NCBI GenBank assembly: GCA_965205975.1
Contig: OZ242195.1
Location: 64,001 to 128,000, forward strand
From: Candidatus Latescibacterota bacterium
Lineage (GTDB): Bacteria; Latescibacterota; UBA2968
DNA: 64,000 nucleotides
Reading direction: 5' to 3'
Below the pieces are notes generated by a model. The model worked only from the letters and a program-made list of their open reading frames with translations, searched no databases and had not been told where the DNA came from. Made by a program: the position numbers and the translations under genes. Shown piece after piece: positions 52,201 through 61,896 of the stretch; the first letter of the stretch is position 1, and each line of letters opens with the position of its first letter.

Positions 52201-53568
52201 ATGCCGCAGACAGATCGACCCAATATTCTCTTTATTATGGATGACCAGCATCGTTTTGATTATATGGGCTGTGCAGGTGCTGATTTTGTTCGCACGCCCA
52301 ATATTGACCGTCTGGCAAAACAGGGGGTGCATTTTACCCAATGCACGACAAATTGCCCTGTTTGCGCGCCTTCGCGCATTGCACTGGCTTCTGGCATGCA
52401 GCCCTCGCGCCTCGGTTGCGTTGGGAACAATTGCTTCTTGCCTCGCAGCCAACCGACTTATTACCAGCAATTGCGCGATTACAATTATTACGTGGGTTGT
52501 GTGGGCAAGCTCGATCTGGCCAAACCCGATGGGTACAACGGACGTGATGGCGATAGGCCAGCTACGTATATGTGGGGCTTTACTCATCCGGTCGAATGCG
52601 AGGGCAAAATGCACGCTGGGCACTCCAAAACACCGCAGGGTCCTTATAACCACTTTTTGGAGGAAAGAGGGTTGCTCGGTGCTTTTGTCGATGATTATAC
52701 CCGTCGCTCCAACGAGGGTTATCACGCTTCCTGTCACGATTCGGTCTTACCTACCGAAGCTTTTGAGGATGTGTATATTGGGCAGCGATCTGTCGAATGG
52801 ATTGAGAATATCCCCGGGGATTTTCCCTGGCATTTATTTGTGAGCTTTGTGGGGCCTCACGATCCTTTTGATCCGCCAGCCGAATACGGGGAGAAGTACC
52901 GCGATGCAGAGATGCCACCTGCCACGCCTGCAAATTTGCCGGGAAAACCCGCTTACTTAAAAGATCGCATCAAAGACATGACCCCGGAAAAAATCGCAGA
53001 GACCCGACGACAATATTGCGCGGCAATTGAAGTTATTGACGATCAGATCGGCGAGATGCTCGCGGCAGTAGAACGGCGGGGGATGACCGACAATACGTAT
53101 GTCATCTTTTCCAGTGACCACGGAGAAATGCTGGGCGATCACGGTTTGTACACCAAAAGCGTGCCTTACGAAGCATCGGTACATGTTCCGCTCATTGTTG
53201 CGGGACCCGGTATTGAAGGCGGTCGCGTCTCAGATGCTCTTGTTGAACTCATTGACATGAATCCAACGATATGTGATCTCGCTGGCGTGCCTCCGCTTTC
53301 GGATATCGATGCGCGATCAATTGGCGCGGTGCTTCGCGGAGAGGAAGAGGAACACCGCACGGAAACCGTGAGTGGCATACAAAATTTCAGGTGTATCCGT
53401 ACGCGGGAGTACAAATTGGTGGAGAACTACAACGATGTAACCGAACTCTACGATCTGATCGCCGATCCTGCAGAAGAACACAATATTGCCGAACAGGAGC
53501 CAGAGGTACGGCGCGAATTGTCTCGCCGTCTCTCAGCGCGTTATTTAGAAGGCACATGGTATCGGTAG
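52201..53568 (+). CDS. Cys-type sulfatase (choline-sulfatase-like)
   Basis: PNILFIMDDQHR, CAPSR, PHDPF, SDHGEMLGDHG. Confidence 0.93.
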   Translation: MPQTDRPNILFIMDDQHRFDYMGCAGADFVRTPNIDRLAKQGVHFTQCTTNCPVCAPSRIALASGMQPSRLGCVGNNCFLPRSQPTYYQQLRDYNYYVGCVGKLDLAKPDGYNGRDGDRPATYMWGFTHPVECEGKMHAGHSKTPQGPYNHFLEERGLLGAFVDDYTRRSNEGYHASCHDSVLPTEAFEDVYIGQRSVEWIENIPGDFPWHLFVSFVGPHDPFDPPAEYGEKYRDAEMPPATPANLPGKPAYLKDRIKDMTPEKIAETRRQYCAAIEVIDDQIGEMLAAVERRGMTDNTYVIFSSDHGEMLGDHGLYTKSVPYEASVHVPLIVAGPGIEGGRVSDALVELIDMNPTICDLAGVPPLSDIDARSIGAVLRGEEEEHRTETVSGIQNFRCIRTREYKLVENYNDVTELYDLIADPAEEHNIAEQEPEVRRELSRRLSARYLEGTWYR

Positions 53569-53577
53569 GAGGGAATC

Positions 53578-54561
53578 GTGAAATACACCAAACTGCCCGG
53601 CACGGATATCGATGTTTCCGTTATTGCTCTGGGCTGCTGGCCTTTTGCTGGTGGTGATGTTTGGGGCGAGCAAGACGACGATGTGTCTATGGCGACGGTG
53701 CATGCCGCACTCGATGCGGGTATTACCTTTTTTGATACGGCAGAGGGCTATGGCAAGTCCGAGCGCGTGCTGGGACAGGGTCTCAAAGGTCGTCGGCAAG
53801 ATGCGGTGATCGCCACCAAAGTTGGCGGTGGTCATCTTTCTTCCGATGATTTGCCCAAAGCCTGCGAACAAAGCCTGAAAAGTCTGAAAACCGATTATAT
53901 TGATCTGTACCAAATTCACTGGCCCAATCACAATATTCCCATCGCAGAAACAGCAAGTGCGCTTCAGCGTCTCCGCGATCAGGGAAAAATTCGGGCTATT
54001 GGCGTTTGTAATTTTGCCTGTGGCGATTTGCGCGATTTGCTCGCTGTTGCCGATATTGTCACCAATCAGTTGTCCTATAGCTTGCTCTGGCGCGTTATTG
54101 AACGCGAGATTCAGCCGATGTGTTTGGAGAACAATATTGGCCTGATATGCTATAGCCCACTGATGCAGGGGTTGCTTACCGGACGTTATGCCTCTGCGGA
54201 TGATGTGCCAGATGGTCTGGCGCGAACCCGCCTGTTTTCGGATGATCGCCCCATGTCCAAACACGGCGAGGAAGGCTGTGAGGCCGAAGTGTTTGACGCA
54301 CTGAAAAAAATTCGCGCTGTTGCCGATAAAGCAGACATCGCAATGGCCGAGCTTGCCCTTGCATGGGCACTACAACAACCCGGCATTACATCGCTTCTGG
54401 TGGGCGCGAGAAATCCCGATGAAGTGCAATGGAATCTTCCTGCGGTTGAGCTTATATTGTCGGAGGATATACTGCAACGCTTATCTGATATTACAGAAGG
54501 TGTTAAAGACAAACTCGGCGATAATCCCGATATGTGGATGTCGGAGTCGAGGATGAGGTGA
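53578..54561 (+). CDS. Aldo/keto reductase
   Basis: GTG start; FDTAEGYG, IATK, DYIDLYQIHWP, YSPLMQGLLTG. Confidence 0.93.
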   Translation: MKYTKLPGTDIDVSVIALGCWPFAGGDVWGEQDDDVSMATVHAALDAGITFFDTAEGYGKSERVLGQGLKGRRQDAVIATKVGGGHLSSDDLPKACEQSLKSLKTDYIDLYQIHWPNHNIPIAETASALQRLRDQGKIRAIGVCNFACGDLRDLLAVADIVTNQLSYSLLWRVIEREIQPMCLENNIGLICYSPLMQGLLTGRYASADDVPDGLARTRLFSDDRPMSKHGEEGCEAEVFDALKKIRAVADKADIAMAELALAWALQQPGITSLLVGARNPDEVQWNLPAVELILSEDILQRLSDITEGVKDKLGDNPDMWMSESRMR

Positions 54562-54567
54562 AAGGTG

Positions 54568-54599
54568 TCCGCAGATGGACGCAGATGGACGCAGATAAA
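54568..54599 (+). repeat. 10-bp tandem repeat (CGCAGATGGA)x3
   Basis: tccgcagatggacgcagatggacgcagataaa. Confidence 0.85.
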
Positions 54600-54724
54600 A
54601 GGCGAGAGGCAAAGAAGGGCTGGGGGTTGAGCGGGTGGGATTTGATCGCTATTGGAAACACGATGCGACTTGTCTTTGTCTCATTTTTTAGATACGCTAC
54701 GTTAGAAAAGATCAGGAGGCTCCC

Positions 54725-55072
54725 ATGGCTCATCTTCAGATTGACGATCCAGAAACATTTTTTCGCACCTTTGCAGATCTTTTGGCTGCTGGCGAAGACG
54801 ACAAGCACATGGCTCGAAAACTGGGATGCTCGCGGGGCGAAAGCAAGCGCAGGCGGCAGGCATTTCAAAAAGGGGGCATTGTGACGGGAAAGGGCGTATC
54901 GAAAGAAAAATTGGATGCGTGGCTGTCTTCAAGTGACGGTCAGCGCGCACAACGCCAGTGGGAAGGCCATCACAAGCGTCAACAGGCTATGGGGGCAACG
55001 GGAACCAAACCGCAAAAGGGATTTCGCAGACAGCCCGAAGTCAAGCGCGGTTGGATGCGGCAAAAGATTTGA
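54725..55072 (+). CDS. Small basic hypothetical protein, possible HTH
   Basis: AGGAGG RBS, followed by terminator; MARKLGCS helix-turn-helix-like segment. Confidence 0.7.
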   Translation: MAHLQIDDPETFFRTFADLLAAGEDDKHMARKLGCSRGESKRRRQAFQKGGIVTGKGVSKEKLDAWLSSSDGQRAQRQWEGHHKRQQAMGATGTKPQKGFRRQPEVKRGWMRQKI

Positions 55073-55084
55073 GGTATTAGTTTG

Positions 55085-55130
55085 AAAAAAAAGGCCGATG
55101 GGTGATGTTCCATCGGCCTTTTTTATTTTT
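55085..55130. terminator. Bidirectional rho-independent terminator
   Basis: A-run, GGCCGATGG/CCATCGGCC stem, T-run, between convergent genes. Confidence 0.9.
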
Positions 55131-55135
55131 ATATC

Positions 55136-56110
55136 TCACCGCTCGTCGCGTTTCAAGTCCAGCCAATCGAGTTCTTCTGGTGTGAGTTTCAAATTGAGGG
55201 CCTCGATATTGGCCCTGCACTCATCGGGATGGAATACGCCGATTAGTGAAAAGAGATTCAGGGGTTGGTTCAGGTTGAATGCCAGCGCGATTTGCGGCAC
55301 GGTTAGTCCTTTTTCTTTTGCCAGTTCGCCCGCGCGGTCCAGGCGTTTGAAGTTTTGTTCGTAACAATAGGCTTCGACGCAGGACCCGGGTAGATTTTTC
55401 TTATAGTCTTCATAAGTTTCGCGTGTGAATCTGCCTGAGAAAAATCCCTGTGCGAGACTCGACCAGGTAAACAGGGGCGTGTTTTGTTCTGCGTACCACG
55501 CGCGGTCCGCCTCGTTTTCAGGCCCACTGATGCTGATACAACCTCTCCAGGGTTCTTTCACCTGTTCTGCAAGGCTGTAATTGGGGCTACTCACGGTGAA
55601 TGGTTCCATGTTGTGCTTGTATGCGTATTCATTGGCTTCTTGTATGCGCGGCACGGTCCAGTTCGATCCGCCAAATAGTCCGATTCGACCCGCTGCTTTG
55701 TGTTCGTTTAGTATCTCTACTATGGGGCCAACTGCGACATTGGGATCGTCGCGGTGCAATACGTAGATGTCGATAAAATTCGTGCGGCAACGTTCCAGAG
55801 AAGTGGCCAGGTCTGCCGTAATATCAGGTGGGGTGACTTTATTTTTTTTTCCAGTGTGGTGTGCGCCCTTTGTCAAGATGACGGCTTCTTCGAACAGGCC
55901 GCGCTCGTCGAGCCATTGTCCCAAAACGCGCTCACACTGTCCGCCGCCGTAAATATATGCTCCGTCAAAGCCGTTGACGCCGAGTGCCCATACGCCGTCT
56001 AACAGGTCAAATGATTCTTGCAGGTGATCTTCGCGCAACATCATTGTACCTTGCAAAATACGCGAAATTTTTTTGTTCATTCCTTCAATTGTGCCGTATT
56101 CCATTGGCAT
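55136..56110 (-). CDS. Aldo/keto reductase
   Basis: FDGAYIYG, ILTKG, DIYVLHRDDP, GGSNW, WSSLAQG. Confidence 0.9.
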   Translation of the reverse strand: MPMEYGTIEGMNKKISRILQGTMMLREDHLQESFDLLDGVWALGVNGFDGAYIYGGGQCERVLGQWLDERGLFEEAVILTKGAHHTGKKNKVTPPDITADLATSLERCRTNFIDIYVLHRDDPNVAVGPIVEILNEHKAAGRIGLFGGSNWTVPRIQEANEYAYKHNMEPFTVSSPNYSLAEQVKEPWRGCISISGPENEADRAWYAEQNTPLFTWSSLAQGFFSGRFTRETYEDYKKNLPGSCVEAYCYEQNFKRLDRAGELAKEKGLTVPQIALAFNLNQPLNLFSLIGVFHPDECRANIEALNLKLTPEELDWLDLKRDER

Positions 56111-56114
56111 AATA

Positions 56115-57101
56115 TTATTCCCTTTCCATCGGATATTTCAATCCCCATTGTTTTCGAATTGCGTCCAGTGTCTGCATATTGGCAAGCGTATCGTCGTGTG
56201 ACATGAGATCGCTTTCCAGCTTGCCTTCTCTTACGCAGCGGGCCACTTCGGCGGCTTCACATTCGTATCCATTTCCAGCGCATTCCAGTGTTATGACTTC
56301 CTCTTTGCCGCCAGCGGACAGGGTTGCCGTGCGGGCGTCCCAAAACTTCGGTACGGTGATCATGCCATCCGTGCCCAGGATTTTTGCCTCGTGCGGGGTT
56401 TTGGTTCGCACGCCACATGAGATCAATGCGAGTTGCCCTTTGTCGTAGCCAAATACTATAGCCGCCTGTTCATCTACTCCGGTTTCACCAATATGCGCCT
56501 GGCTCGAGATGGTGGCAGGTTGTGTGTCGAAGATCAGGGATGCATAAGAGATGGGGTAAATCCCAATATCGAGCAGTCCGCCACCGCCGAGTGCGAGATC
56601 GAACAAGCGACCTTTGGGATTGATGCGGGCGCGAAACCCAAAATCGGCGTATAACATCCGCACTTCGCCAATCGTGCCGTCTGTGACCCACGCCTTTACC
56701 TGTTTGGTGATGGGCAAAAATCGGGTCCACATGGCTTCCATCAAAAACACGCCTTCGCTGCGGGCGACTTCGATAACTTCTCTGGCTTCGTGCTGGTTGA
56801 TTGTAAATGGTTTTTCGCACAATACGGGCTTGCCCGCTTTCAGGCATAAGATACTGTTCTCTTTGTGAAAGGGGTGGGGCGTTGCCACATAAACCGCATC
56901 CACTTCTGGATCTTCGGCGAGTGCTTCATAAGAGGCGTGGCGATTGGGTACATCATACTTATCGGCAAAGGCGTCGGCGCGATCCTGACTACGCGATCCC
57001 ACAGCTATGATTTGTGCATCGTCGAGTGCGCGCAATCCCGTGGCGAACTTGTGCGCAATACTGCCGGGACCGATAATGCCCCAGCGAAAAATATCACTCA
57101 T
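56115..57101 (-). CDS. Gfo/Idh/MocA oxidoreductase (dihydrodiol dehydrogenase-like)
   Basis: WGIIGPGSIA, YVATPH, LCEKP, EAMWTRF, GGGLLDIGIY; start at ATG 57101. Confidence 0.92.
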   Translation of the reverse strand: MSDIFRWGIIGPGSIAHKFATGLRALDDAQIIAVGSRSQDRADAFADKYDVPNRHASYEALAEDPEVDAVYVATPHPFHKENSILCLKAGKPVLCEKPFTINQHEAREVIEVARSEGVFLMEAMWTRFLPITKQVKAWVTDGTIGEVRMLYADFGFRARINPKGRLFDLALGGGGLLDIGIYPISYASLIFDTQPATISSQAHIGETGVDEQAAIVFGYDKGQLALISCGVRTKTPHEAKILGTDGMITVPKFWDARTATLSAGGKEEVITLECAGNGYECEAAEVARCVREGKLESDLMSHDDTLANMQTLDAIRKQWGLKYPMERE

Positions 57102-57118
57102 TGTTGATCCTTTTCTTA

Positions 57119-57847
57119 TCAGGAGGTTGAAAATAGAACATACAAGATCATGCGTAAGGCGAGGAGGGTTATCAACCATCTCAAAAGTACGCGAAAATGG
57201 TGCTCGGGCACGCGCCCGCGAATCAGGGTTCCCAAATAGGACCCCAGCGATGCCGAGGCGATCATGCCAACGACCAATTTCCAATAGGGTGCAAAGACAA
57301 ATCCCAAAAACCCAAATGTCAAAATTTTCATTGCATGGCTCGATGCCATCTGAACCGAATGTGTGATTACCGTGCGATCTCGGGGCAGGTTTTCGCGCAG
57401 GAGAAATGGCATATTGAGCGGACCACTTACACCCAAAAAAAGGGATAATGCCGTTTGAAAAGCACCCAGAAGTGTGAATTTTGCGGGTAAATCGGGCGTG
57501 CGAGAAAATTTGGGCATCCACGTAATGAGTAAAATAAAAATACCCAAAAAGAGGGGCATGGTTTCCCATTTAAAGTCGGCAATAAAACGAGAACCCAACA
57601 CGGCACCAATCACTGTTCCGATTGCGTATTGCCCCACAAGACGCCATTCGGTATGCTTGAGGCCAATGAGCGCGCGGCTCAAATTGCTGGCAATTTGCAC
57701 CAGTCCGTGAACCGGGATAATCGCTGCTGCGGGGAGGAAACCCGGCATAATCGCAATGAGGACAACGCCGCCGCCAACGCCGCCAATAGCCGCGATCATC
57801 GATGTGATACACGCCGCGCCGATCAAGAACCAATCCGATATCTCCAT
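57119..57847 (-). CDS. TauE/SafE (TSUP) family membrane transporter
   Basis: GGVGGG, IPVHG.VQ..SN.SR, GVSGP, ~8 TM segments. Confidence 0.85.
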   Translation of the reverse strand: MEISDWFLIGAACITSMIAAIGGVGGGVVLIAIMPGFLPAAAIIPVHGLVQIASNLSRALIGLKHTEWRLVGQYAIGTVIGAVLGSRFIADFKWETMPLFLGIFILLITWMPKFSRTPDLPAKFTLLGAFQTALSLFLGVSGPLNMPFLLRENLPRDRTVITHSVQMASSHAMKILTFGFLGFVFAPYWKLVVGMIASASLGSYLGTLIRGRVPEHHFRVLLRWLITLLALRMILYVLFSTS

Positions 57848-57854
57848 GCACTCA

Positions 57855-59291
57855 TCACCAGGTCATATAATGCGTTACAGGCTCGCCCTGTTTGGCGGTA
57901 AAGCGATCGTATTTCGGATGGATGAAATCTTCGGTTGCATCCATGTGGGCGTAAAAAGCCCGCGTCATCTCTTCTCTTTTTTCCGGCTGTGTATCGTATA
58001 AGTTGTCCAATTCAAAGGGATCTTCAATTAGATTGTACAACTCGCCATAATTTTTTGCCGGATAGTGAATATATTTCCATTCCCGCGTGCGGATGCAGCG
58101 TTTATCGACTGCTTCGGCAAAAATTATGTCTCGTATTTCCGATTGTTCACCGTTCATCAGTGACGATAAATCCATGCCCTGTACGCATTCGGGCGCATCA
58201 AAACCCGATAGCTGCGCGATTGTGGGAAATAGATCTACTGTTTCGATCAGGGCGTCGCAGTCGCTGCCAGCACGACCGGGCACAGCGATAAAGCACGGTA
58301 TATGTAACATGCAATCCAGAAGAAATGGCGCTTTGGCCGGGATACCGTGATCGCCTAAAAATTCACCGTGGTCCGATAGAAAGATCACGATGGTCTCGTC
58401 CGCTATGCCTTTTTTTTCTAATGTCTCGACGATCAGGCCCACTTGATGGTCAATTTGCGATACCATGCCGTAATACGCCGCCTTCATCTTGCGGAATGTC
58501 TCGTCGGAAGCCTGGTCAAATCCGCGGTATTTGTGGTGTTCTGCCTTGAAATACAAACTGTATTCGGGCGGTTTTTTTGCAATGTCGTCTTTCGCGTGCT
58601 GAAAGGGGGGCATCGCGTTGGGATCGTACATATTTGCAAAGCGTCCAGAGGGGACATAGGGATGGTGCGGTCCGTAGAATCCCACCCATAAGAAAAAGGG
58701 GTTGCTCGTATCCAGTCCTTCGAGGTATTCAATACTTTTCATTCCTACATAGGCATCGATGTGGCAATCTTCGGGGAGATCGGATGGCACGGCACCGAGG
58801 TTTTTGCGAAAATTGGGCAAGGCGTATCCCGTTTTATATTCGTATCCCCGGTCGCGAACGTATTGCTCAAATGGATTGGGATCGGTGACTGTATAATCTC
58901 CATCTGCGCGCTCTTTCCATCCCCGCCGTATTCCCACGGCGTCCATGTGGTCGAGTATTTGTTGAAAACGCTGCTGTCCAATGCCGTGTTTGCCCACGCT
59001 GGCAGTTGTGTAGCCCTGGTTTTTGAACGCTTCTACCATTGTAATTTCATTTTCGTTGAGCTTTGAACCGTTCCATTTTACGCCGTGGTTTTTGGGATAA
59101 CGCCCGGTCATGAATGTCGCACGCGACGGAGAACATACGGGATTTTGCACAAAGCATTTTGAAAATCGCATGCTCCTTTCAGATAGGGCGTCAATCGCGG
59201 GCGTTTGTATAACGCGGTCCCCCGTGTATCCCAGCGTGTCATATCGCAAATGGTCAGTTGTAATGAATAAGATATTGGGTTGTTTAATCAT
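57855..59291 (-). CDS. Cys-type sulfatase
   Basis: PNILFITTDH, CSPSRA, GKH, PHHPY, SDHGEFLGDHG; alternative start 59303. Confidence 0.93.
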   Translation of the reverse strand: MIKQPNILFITTDHLRYDTLGYTGDRVIQTPAIDALSERSMRFSKCFVQNPVCSPSRATFMTGRYPKNHGVKWNGSKLNENEITMVEAFKNQGYTTASVGKHGIGQQRFQQILDHMDAVGIRRGWKERADGDYTVTDPNPFEQYVRDRGYEYKTGYALPNFRKNLGAVPSDLPEDCHIDAYVGMKSIEYLEGLDTSNPFFLWVGFYGPHHPYVPSGRFANMYDPNAMPPFQHAKDDIAKKPPEYSLYFKAEHHKYRGFDQASDETFRKMKAAYYGMVSQIDHQVGLIVETLEKKGIADETIVIFLSDHGEFLGDHGIPAKAPFLLDCMLHIPCFIAVPGRAGSDCDALIETVDLFPTIAQLSGFDAPECVQGMDLSSLMNGEQSEIRDIIFAEAVDKRCIRTREWKYIHYPAKNYGELYNLIEDPFELDNLYDTQPEKREEMTRAFYAHMDATEDFIHPKYDRFTAKQGEPVTHYMTW

Positions 59292-59299
59292 CGCATACC

Positions 59300-60040
59300 T
59301 CATAGCAGATCGTTACTTAAAATTGTTGGGCACCAGAATTTTTCAATAAACGATATTACCAATTGCGTGCCCGCTTCATGGCTCACATAAGGCGGCTTTG
59401 CCGGATTGTACATCGCATCGGTCAAATCTCGAATTAGCGCGACCTGGATGCCCCAGCGTATCATTTGTTTGATTGCAAACGTGCGATGCAACACGCACAT
59501 GTTGGTATGTACCCCCATGATGAGCATTTTGTCGATTTCTCGATGCTGCATATAGCTGTAGATTTCGTGTCCTTGATCGGAAATAATATCCCGTTCTTGA
59601 TCAATATCTATCCCCGCGTGTTGCCGCGTCCAGACCTGCGTGTTGATTTTCTTCGGGTCTTCACCCGTGTCTGACCCGCCATCCGAATCGTCGATCGGTA
59701 GCGGGGGATCAGCGAGATCTAAATTTTCAGGCGGTTCAATGGGTGGGACATCCAATACCCGTCCCCGCGCAGGCGTATTGGCATAAACATCGAGTGTGCC
59801 CGAGGGTGCGTGAATAATGGTCACACCTTGCTTTCGCGCGCTTTGCACTACGGCGTGCATGCGGGGAATCATTGCTTCTAATCGCTCGACTGCACCGCGA
59901 CACCAGTGGTTATTCCATACATCGCATAATAACAGGACTGTTTGCTCGGGAGGCCAATAGACCCGTTCTGTTATTGTTTCCCAAACCGTGTGTTCACTGT
60001 CATCCCACAATAAGGACTGATGCTGCACGTTTAGATTCAT
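59300..60040 (-). CDS. Isochorismatase/cysteine hydrolase family protein
   Basis: LLCDVW, IIHAPS, GVHTNMCV, RDLTD; GGAGG RBS. Confidence 0.82.
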   Translation of the reverse strand: MNLNVQHQSLLWDDSEHTVWETITERVYWPPEQTVLLLCDVWNNHWCRGAVERLEAMIPRMHAVVQSARKQGVTIIHAPSGTLDVYANTPARGRVLDVPPIEPPENLDLADPPLPIDDSDGGSDTGEDPKKINTQVWTRQHAGIDIDQERDIISDQGHEIYSYMQHREIDKMLIMGVHTNMCVLHRTFAIKQMIRWGIQVALIRDLTDAMYNPAKPPYVSHEAGTQLVISFIEKFWCPTILSNDLL

Positions 60041-60060
60041 CGCGTCCTCCATATCAAAAA

Positions 60061-60882
60061 TCAGGTTTCCCACACCAACCGGGGCCCCTCGTCCATCCCG
60101 CATACCACCCCCAATTGTCTCTCGCGCTGATAGCCCAAACAATGAGAAATATACGTCACTTCCTCGATTTCTCGACGCCGATTGCGATGCTGATGGCCGT
60201 ATATGTGAATCGATGAACCGTGTTTTCGCAACAGACGATCTAAGGCTATTGTGCCAGCCACCCGACTGAAATTGAAATTCGACGCGCTCGTCAATGGACG
60301 CGGGCGAGAAGTGGAAGAGGACCGACCAAAGATCAATTCCCGTCTGGGCAAAAAGTGGCTAAAGGTAATGATTGGCCCATCGCCCTGAACAGGCGCGGTA
60401 TTTTGGGCCAGCATATAGCGTGCAATGGATCGCTCGTTCTCGGGCCAGCGAATCAGACGGTTGTCCGCCCACATGTGCAACGCTGCGTCTTCTCCTTCCT
60501 GGAGCACGTACAAACTGTCGGCACTTTCTTCGGGTTTTTCATACCATGACAAAAGCGGTACAATTTGTACACCCGGCAATTGCGCCCGCGAGGTTTCTAC
60601 GTTCAACACGTTGCACAAAGCCATAAGCGCGTGGAATTTCTCCAACGAGTCGCATCGCTCATTGGGCCTCACCCACAAATCATGATTGCCCGGTACAAAA
60701 AAAACGCGTGCAAATTTTTGCTTCAGTTCGCACAGGGTATCGCGCATCGGGTCGGCGCGGTCAGTTATATCTCCGGCCACAATCACCACATCATCGGTAA
60801 AATCGCAATTGGAAAGCCGCTGCACCCACCGCTGGTTCTCCTTGTAATCGACGTGCAAATCAGAAATGGCAAAAATGCGCAT
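60061..60882 (-). CDS. Calcineurin-like metallophosphoesterase
   Basis: SDLH, AGD, PGNHD, SHFLP, GHQH. Confidence 0.9.
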   Translation of the reverse strand: MRIFAISDLHVDYKENQRWVQRLSNCDFTDDVVIVAGDITDRADPMRDTLCELKQKFARVFFVPGNHDLWVRPNERCDSLEKFHALMALCNVLNVETSRAQLPGVQIVPLLSWYEKPEESADSLYVLQEGEDAALHMWADNRLIRWPENERSIARYMLAQNTAPVQGDGPIITFSHFLPRRELIFGRSSSTSRPRPLTSASNFNFSRVAGTIALDRLLRKHGSSIHIYGHQHRNRRREIEEVTYISHCLGYQRERQLGVVCGMDEGPRLVWET

Positions 60883-60929
60883 GGGTTATCCAGTTGAAAT
60901 AGCCATAAAAATCACAAAAGAAATCGCGC

Positions 60930-61724
60930 TCAATATCTCTCATCGACCAGCCACGCGCTTTTGGGATTTTTTTCCCAGTGTTGGCGCAATACCTGTTCGT
61001 TTGGACAAAATTCACCGCGATAGGCGACGCCACCATGAGAAATATTAAAGCTCATGGCGACTTCATCTTCGCCGGCATCAACCCAGTGGGGCGTCAATAA
61101 CTGGTTCCACAGCAAATCGCCGGGTTGCATGTCATAGGTCAAAATATCTGTCGGATCTGTTTGGGGGATATCAATGCGCGTAACACCCGTTCGATTTTCC
61201 ACGAGTTTCTGAACAGGCTCGCGCTTTTCAGGTTCTAAAAATCCGTGGAAGTGTTTTTCTCCATAAACTTGCCACGCGAGTACATGCGAAGAATCTGCGT
61301 GATAGGTCGAGCTGCACCCTTTTCCAGAGATAAATATAATGGGATAACATCTTTGCCACGTAAACCCGAGTTGAGACAGGAATGTGCGCCAGGGAATCAT
61401 CACACATTCTTGAAAGTATTCGAGAAATTGCCCTGCACCATAAAAATTTTGCAAATGAAAATGCGCCAGACTAATCGGCATTTCGACGGCTTTTTCTATG
61501 GGTGCAGTCTTAAATTTCTCGACCAGAGCATTTTGCTCTGCATCGCTCAAGTTGTCATCTAAAAACTGAATACGGGCCTCGGAATCACGCCGCAAAATAT
61601 CTATGACCTTTTCGACGGGCGCGAGTGGCATTTCAAATTTGAACAACTCGGAATCAATAAGAAAATTGTGCTCGCCATTCCAAAGTTGGCGAAAATCGTC
61701 CGCTGTCCTGGCAATCAGGTGCAT
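60930..61724 (-). CDS. JmjC/cupin-like Fe(II)/2OG oxygenase
   Basis: YHAD...WQVYGEK...PGDLL...PHWV (HxD...H). Confidence 0.75.
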   Translation of the reverse strand: MHLIARTADDFRQLWNGEHNFLIDSELFKFEMPLAPVEKVIDILRRDSEARIQFLDDNLSDAEQNALVEKFKTAPIEKAVEMPISLAHFHLQNFYGAGQFLEYFQECVMIPWRTFLSQLGFTWQRCYPIIFISGKGCSSTYHADSSHVLAWQVYGEKHFHGFLEPEKREPVQKLVENRTGVTRIDIPQTDPTDILTYDMQPGDLLWNQLLTPHWVDAGEDEVAMSFNISHGGVAYRGEFCPNEQVLRQHWEKNPKSAWLVDERY

Positions 61725-61834
61725 TGTTTACCTCAGTGGTTAGTGGTCAGCCCGGTCCCAGGCCCCTTGCCTCTCTAACATACATCATCCCCCAAAGAGA
61801 TTCAAGCGATCAAGACAGGGCGGGATGAAGTTAC

Positions 61835-61863
61835 TTGACAGTAAATTTTCTTGCATTCATTAT
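61835..61863 (+). promoter_or_regulatory. Sigma70-like promoter
   Basis: TTGACA-17 nt-CATTAT upstream of AGGAGG and ATG 61897. Confidence 0.45.
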
Positions 61864-61896
61864 GTACTATCAATTTCCACATATAGGAGGCCGAAG

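Noticed and set aside
56115..57569. Extended N-termini in the ORF track (57569, 23811, 48374, 28018, 38103, 60142, 9378)
   Set aside because: The extensions overlap neighbouring genes, terminators or repeats; downstream ATGs match the family N-termini, most with an RBS
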